The notes under the pieces are model-generated. The model had not been told where the DNA came from, did not search any database, and saw only the letters and a program-made list of their open reading frames with translations. From an uncultured Deferribacteres bacterium (GTDB lineage: Bacteria > Zhuqueibacterota > Zhuqueibacteria > Zhuqueibacterales > Geothermadaptataceae), in contig CAXHAT010000154.1 of the NCBI GenBank assembly GCA_964014485.1, positions 1 through 19,274 of the forward strand: a stretch of DNA of 19,274 nt, read 5' to 3'. Below are positions 16,471-19,274 of this stretch, piece by piece (position 1 is the first letter of the stretch; each line of letters opens with the position of its first letter). Both the position numbers and the translations under genes were made by a program.

Positions 16471-17865
16471 ATGACCAAGCCAATTGAAAAACAGCCGAGT
16501 AACGGCGGCGTTCCGATAAAATTTTTCCTGACCGAAGACATGCTCCCGGACGATGCAACGATTTCGCAGCTCGAAACGTTGGCGAACACGCCGGGCATGG
16601 ATCATCATGTTGCCGTCTTGCCGGACGTACATCGCAAAAGCCGCAATGTCAGCCCGACTGGCACGGCGGCGGCTTCCAAAACCATGATCGTGCCCCGCGC
16701 CGTCGATTGCGGCGTTTGTTGCGGCATGCGCATGTTTCGCACCGATCTAAATGCGAAAGAATTTACCCCGTCCGTGCTGGACAAGCTTTTCGGCGAGGTG
16801 ATGGCTTCGACGCCGGTGGCGCTGCACGAAAACGAAACGTTGAAAAACGAAGACGTTTACGAAATTCTCATAGAAGGCGGCAAGTGGAGCCAAAAGCGTT
16901 TTGGCTTGAGCGACGACGAATTGAGCCGCATTGAAGACTTCGGCACAATGCCGACGGACACGACCGAAGCCGCCAGGATTCTCGAAACGCTGCCGTACAA
17001 ATCGATCAAAAAAGGCCGCAAGAGCCTTGGCACCATCGGCGACGGAAACCACTTTTTGGAGCTGCAAGAAATCATCGACGTTTTCGATGAAGAAGCGGCG
17101 GAACTGCTCGGGCTGCAAAAAGGCCAGGCGGTGTTCATGATGCACACTGGCTCGCGCGGCGTCGGCAGCAAGATGATGAAAGGATTTTTGAAAGAATTTG
17201 AAGAGACGCTCCGGCAAGAATCGCCGAACAACGGCGAATCACCGATTTGGGCTTTGCCTGCAGATTCAGAGATGGGAACGCGCTACGCTCGCGCCGTTTC
17301 CGCCGTCTCCAATTTTGGTTTTGCTAACCGGATCGCGATTACGGAAAACGTTCGCGCCGCCGCTCGCACCGCCTTCGGTGACGATTCCCTGAAACTGCCG
17401 CTGCTTTACGATTGCGCTCACGTCAGCATCAAACGCGAAACCTGGAACGGCGAGCCAACCTGGATCCATCGTCACGGAACCAGCCGCGCCTTGCCTGCTT
17501 CGATGATGGCGGATCATCCCGTTTTTAGCAAAACCGGCCAGCCGCTGCCGATTCCCGGCTCGATGGGACACGCTTCATTCATCGGCGTAGCGGATGAAGC
17601 TGCCGTTGACGCTTTTTGCTCCGTGAATCACGGCGCCGGTCGCGTCATGGACAAGCCGGAAGCTTCGGAGCATTTCACCGAAGGCCAGGTTGAAGGCGAA
17701 TTGCGCGACAAGAACATTCGGCTCTACCGCTACGGCACCGACAACATCGCCGAGCAAGCGCCGAATTCGTTTAAAGATATTTCCAAAGTGATCGACGCGA
17801 TGCGCGAACTCCGTCTCGCCAAGCCGGTCGTCAAAGTTCGCCCGATGGCGGTTTTGAAAGGATAA
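16471..17865 (+). CDS. rtcB: RtcB family protein (RNA 3'-phosphate/5'-OH ligase fold), divergent
   Basis: LPDVH, CCGMR, GTIGDGNHFLE, MHTGSRG, NFGFANR, YDCAH, IPGSMG, HGAGR and C-terminal VLKG. ATG at 16471 is preferred because the upstream in-frame extension is repeat DNA. Confidence 0.9.
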   Translation: MTKPIEKQPSNGGVPIKFFLTEDMLPDDATISQLETLANTPGMDHHVAVLPDVHRKSRNVSPTGTAAASKTMIVPRAVDCGVCCGMRMFRTDLNAKEFTPSVLDKLFGEVMASTPVALHENETLKNEDVYEILIEGGKWSQKRFGLSDDELSRIEDFGTMPTDTTEAARILETLPYKSIKKGRKSLGTIGDGNHFLELQEIIDVFDEEAAELLGLQKGQAVFMMHTGSRGVGSKMMKGFLKEFEETLRQESPNNGESPIWALPADSEMGTRYARAVSAVSNFGFANRIAITENVRAAARTAFGDDSLKLPLLYDCAHVSIKRETWNGEPTWIHRHGTSRALPASMMADHPVFSKTGQPLPIPGSMGHASFIGVADEAAVDAFCSVNHGAGRVMDKPEASEHFTEGQVEGELRDKNIRLYRYGTDNIAEQAPNSFKDISKVIDAMRELRLAKPVVKVRPMAVLKG

Positions 17866-17930
17866 AACTCCCGGAAATGGAGTATTGGAATTCTGAATTA
17901 GAGGACGTGTCTTCCGACCGTTCGAATACA

Positions 17931-17999
17931 GTCATTCCCGCGCAGGCGGGAATCTATGGGCGGTGCAAAACCCTGGATCCCCGCCTGCGCGGGAATGAC
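17931..17999. repeat. GTCATTCCCGC...GCGGGAATGAC palindromic element (dRS3/REP-like)
   Basis: 24-nt arms at 17931-17954 and 17976-17999 are reverse complements with one mismatch. The left arm contains ATTCCC-N8-GGGAAT. Confidence 0.92.
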
Positions 18000-18040
18000 A
18001 TCGAAACAACGCCTTAAAATATAAGCGCATTAGATCAGAA

Positions 18041-18088
18041 ACCCAACACTCCACTATTCCACCAATCCACCACTCCAACATCCCAATT
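18041..18088. repeat. Degenerate octamer tandem array
   Basis: ACCCAACA CTCCACTA TTCCACCA ATCCACCA CTCCAACA TCCCAATT. An opposite-orientation remnant AATGGAGTATTGGAAT starts at 17876. Confidence 0.75.
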
Positions 18089-18105
18089 TCCTGACAGGAT
18101 TTTTC

Positions 18106-18753
18106 ATGCAACACTGTTTCTGCGTACTCGGCTGGTATTTCTACCCCGATTTCTACAACCAACTCTACCAAATTCCCGGCGAAAAATACATTGTCAGCCA
18201 TCGCGACCAAGCCTTTGTCGAAGCGCAAAACGGCGTTTTTGACATGGTGAAAAAAGACGTGATTTACGGCGAGAACAAGGGGCTGGAGTGGGGCGGGTAT
18301 CATCGATTTGTCGATTCAGGCAATCACGAGAAATATGATTTCGTCATTTTCACCCACGACGATATTGTGCTGAAAAGCCCTGTCTTTGTCGAGAAATTTC
18401 GTGAAATGTTTCAAACAGACCCGAAGCTAAAAGTGATCGGCAACGGCAAGAACGGCAAGGACTGGGAGTTCAAATTCGGCAAGTACAAAGACCGGATGTT
18501 TTTTAAGGACGATGACGATTTCGTCGTGCGCACCGTGCGCGGCTCTTTCTTCGCCGCAAGAACGGATATTTTCCCCGTGATCGGCAATTTTCCCGTGCGC
18601 TGGAAAACGCAAACCCCCAAAAAAGGCAACATTTCCCTGCGCAATTTTGGCTACGTCATCTCTAAAAACTTCGGAACAGAAAGCATCGCCTACCTCGACG
18701 ACGCCCGCTGGCTAGATACGGAATTTGTTTCGGAAATGGTGCGGGGAGCGTAG
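18106..18753 (+). CDS. Hypothetical protein, possible GT-A-fold glycosyltransferase-like
   Basis: 215 aa with codon style like its neighbours. 'ENKGLEWGGY' and 'YDFVIFTHDDIVL' resemble the N-x-G and hydrophobic-strand-xDD elements of GT-A enzymes. Function is tentative. Confidence 0.6.
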   Translation: MQHCFCVLGWYFYPDFYNQLYQIPGEKYIVSHRDQAFVEAQNGVFDMVKKDVIYGENKGLEWGGYHRFVDSGNHEKYDFVIFTHDDIVLKSPVFVEKFREMFQTDPKLKVIGNGKNGKDWEFKFGKYKDRMFFKDDDDFVVRTVRGSFFAARTDIFPVIGNFPVRWKTQTPKKGNISLRNFGYVISKNFGTESIAYLDDARWLDTEFVSEMVRGA

Positions 18754-18772
18754 ACGAAGCTTTGGCGTCGTC
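18753..18772. terminator. Possible small hairpin between convergent genes
   Basis: GACGAAGC-tttg-GCGTCGTC (7/8 paired) in the 25-nt gap. No strong U-tract. Confidence 0.25.
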
Positions 18773-18778
18773 AGCTTG

Positions 18779-19144
18779 TTATTTGTATTTTAGAAATGAT
18801 GCGTTGATCTGCGTTTCGGTTGAATTGAATTTGCCGACTTGCGCCTTTCCCACGCCTGTTATCAAAATAGCGTCCGCACCTTCCAATTTCGCAGTCTCAA
18901 TTAATTTTTGTTGAATCTCCTCGCTCGAACGGCCGATCATGCTTCCGACAGCGTGCCCAATTACGGCAAACTCCTTATTAATTTCCTCTTTGTCAAAATA
19001 AACGGCTACGCTTGCGGTCGGCTTAAACGATTGTCCGACATAATTCACACTCGGCACCCCAACAAAATTTATGCTTCCACAGCCGGCGAAAAAAAGTACT
19101 GCCAGTGAAAACGCCCCTAAAATAGAATGCTCGCTCCGTAGCAT
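18779..19144 (-). CDS. Small lipoprotein, YbjQ-like/dodecin-type fold possible
   Basis: RBS AAAGGAG upstream, hydrophobic leader with lipobox 'FFAG-C', and 'LIETAKLEGADAILI' pattern. Confidence 0.75.
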   Translation of the reverse strand: MLRSEHSILGAFSLAVLFFAGCGSINFVGVPSVNYVGQSFKPTASVAVYFDKEEINKEFAVIGHAVGSMIGRSSEEIQQKLIETAKLEGADAILITGVGKAQVGKFNSTETQINASFLKYK

Positions 19145-19274
19145 GATAATTCTCCTTTCACCCGATAACGTCTTTTACCAATACGTCAAACAATTTTTGT
19201 GTAATTTTGTATTCATAACCACTAGTGTCCCGCTATAAGTCGAATAAATTCAATTGATTACGCGAGCGGGAGTT

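Noticed and set aside
17932..18303. Minus-strand 123-aa ORF ending CHSRAGGDPG...FPPARE
   Set aside because: It is antisense to 18106-18753, and its tail is the translation of the octamer array and the GTCATTCCCGC element.

Overview
Bacterial accessory locus, almost entirely on the + strand, that looks like part of a large glycan-synthesis and tailoring cluster. It holds three GT4 glycosyltransferases, a sulfotransferase with its own PAPS supply (sat, cysC), an asparagine-synthetase-like protein lacking the Ntn Cys, and an APH-type phosphotransferase. These are followed by a TPR-sensor histidine kinase with an OmpR-type regulator, a 5'-truncated and an intact purple acid phosphatase, an HPr-kinase-like P-loop protein, a divergent RtcB-family protein and a putative GT-A-like protein. 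A convergent lipoprotein gene on the - strand closes the window. The best novelty candidate is the phosphatase + HprK-like + RtcB-like + GT-like block. The RtcB keeps its guanylylated-His motif but has a rearranged metal motif (DCGVCCG instead of GxDINCG) and several substrate-pocket changes, and no RNA-repair partner is in the window. It may therefore act on a non-RNA substrate (inference). Three other enzymes also carry substitutions at canonical catalytic positions. Most intergenic gaps contain repeats: 7- and 8-mer tandem arrays, REP-like palindromes, and MITE-like elements, some nested. All motif comparisons were made by eye from remembered family consensus sequences; no database search was run.
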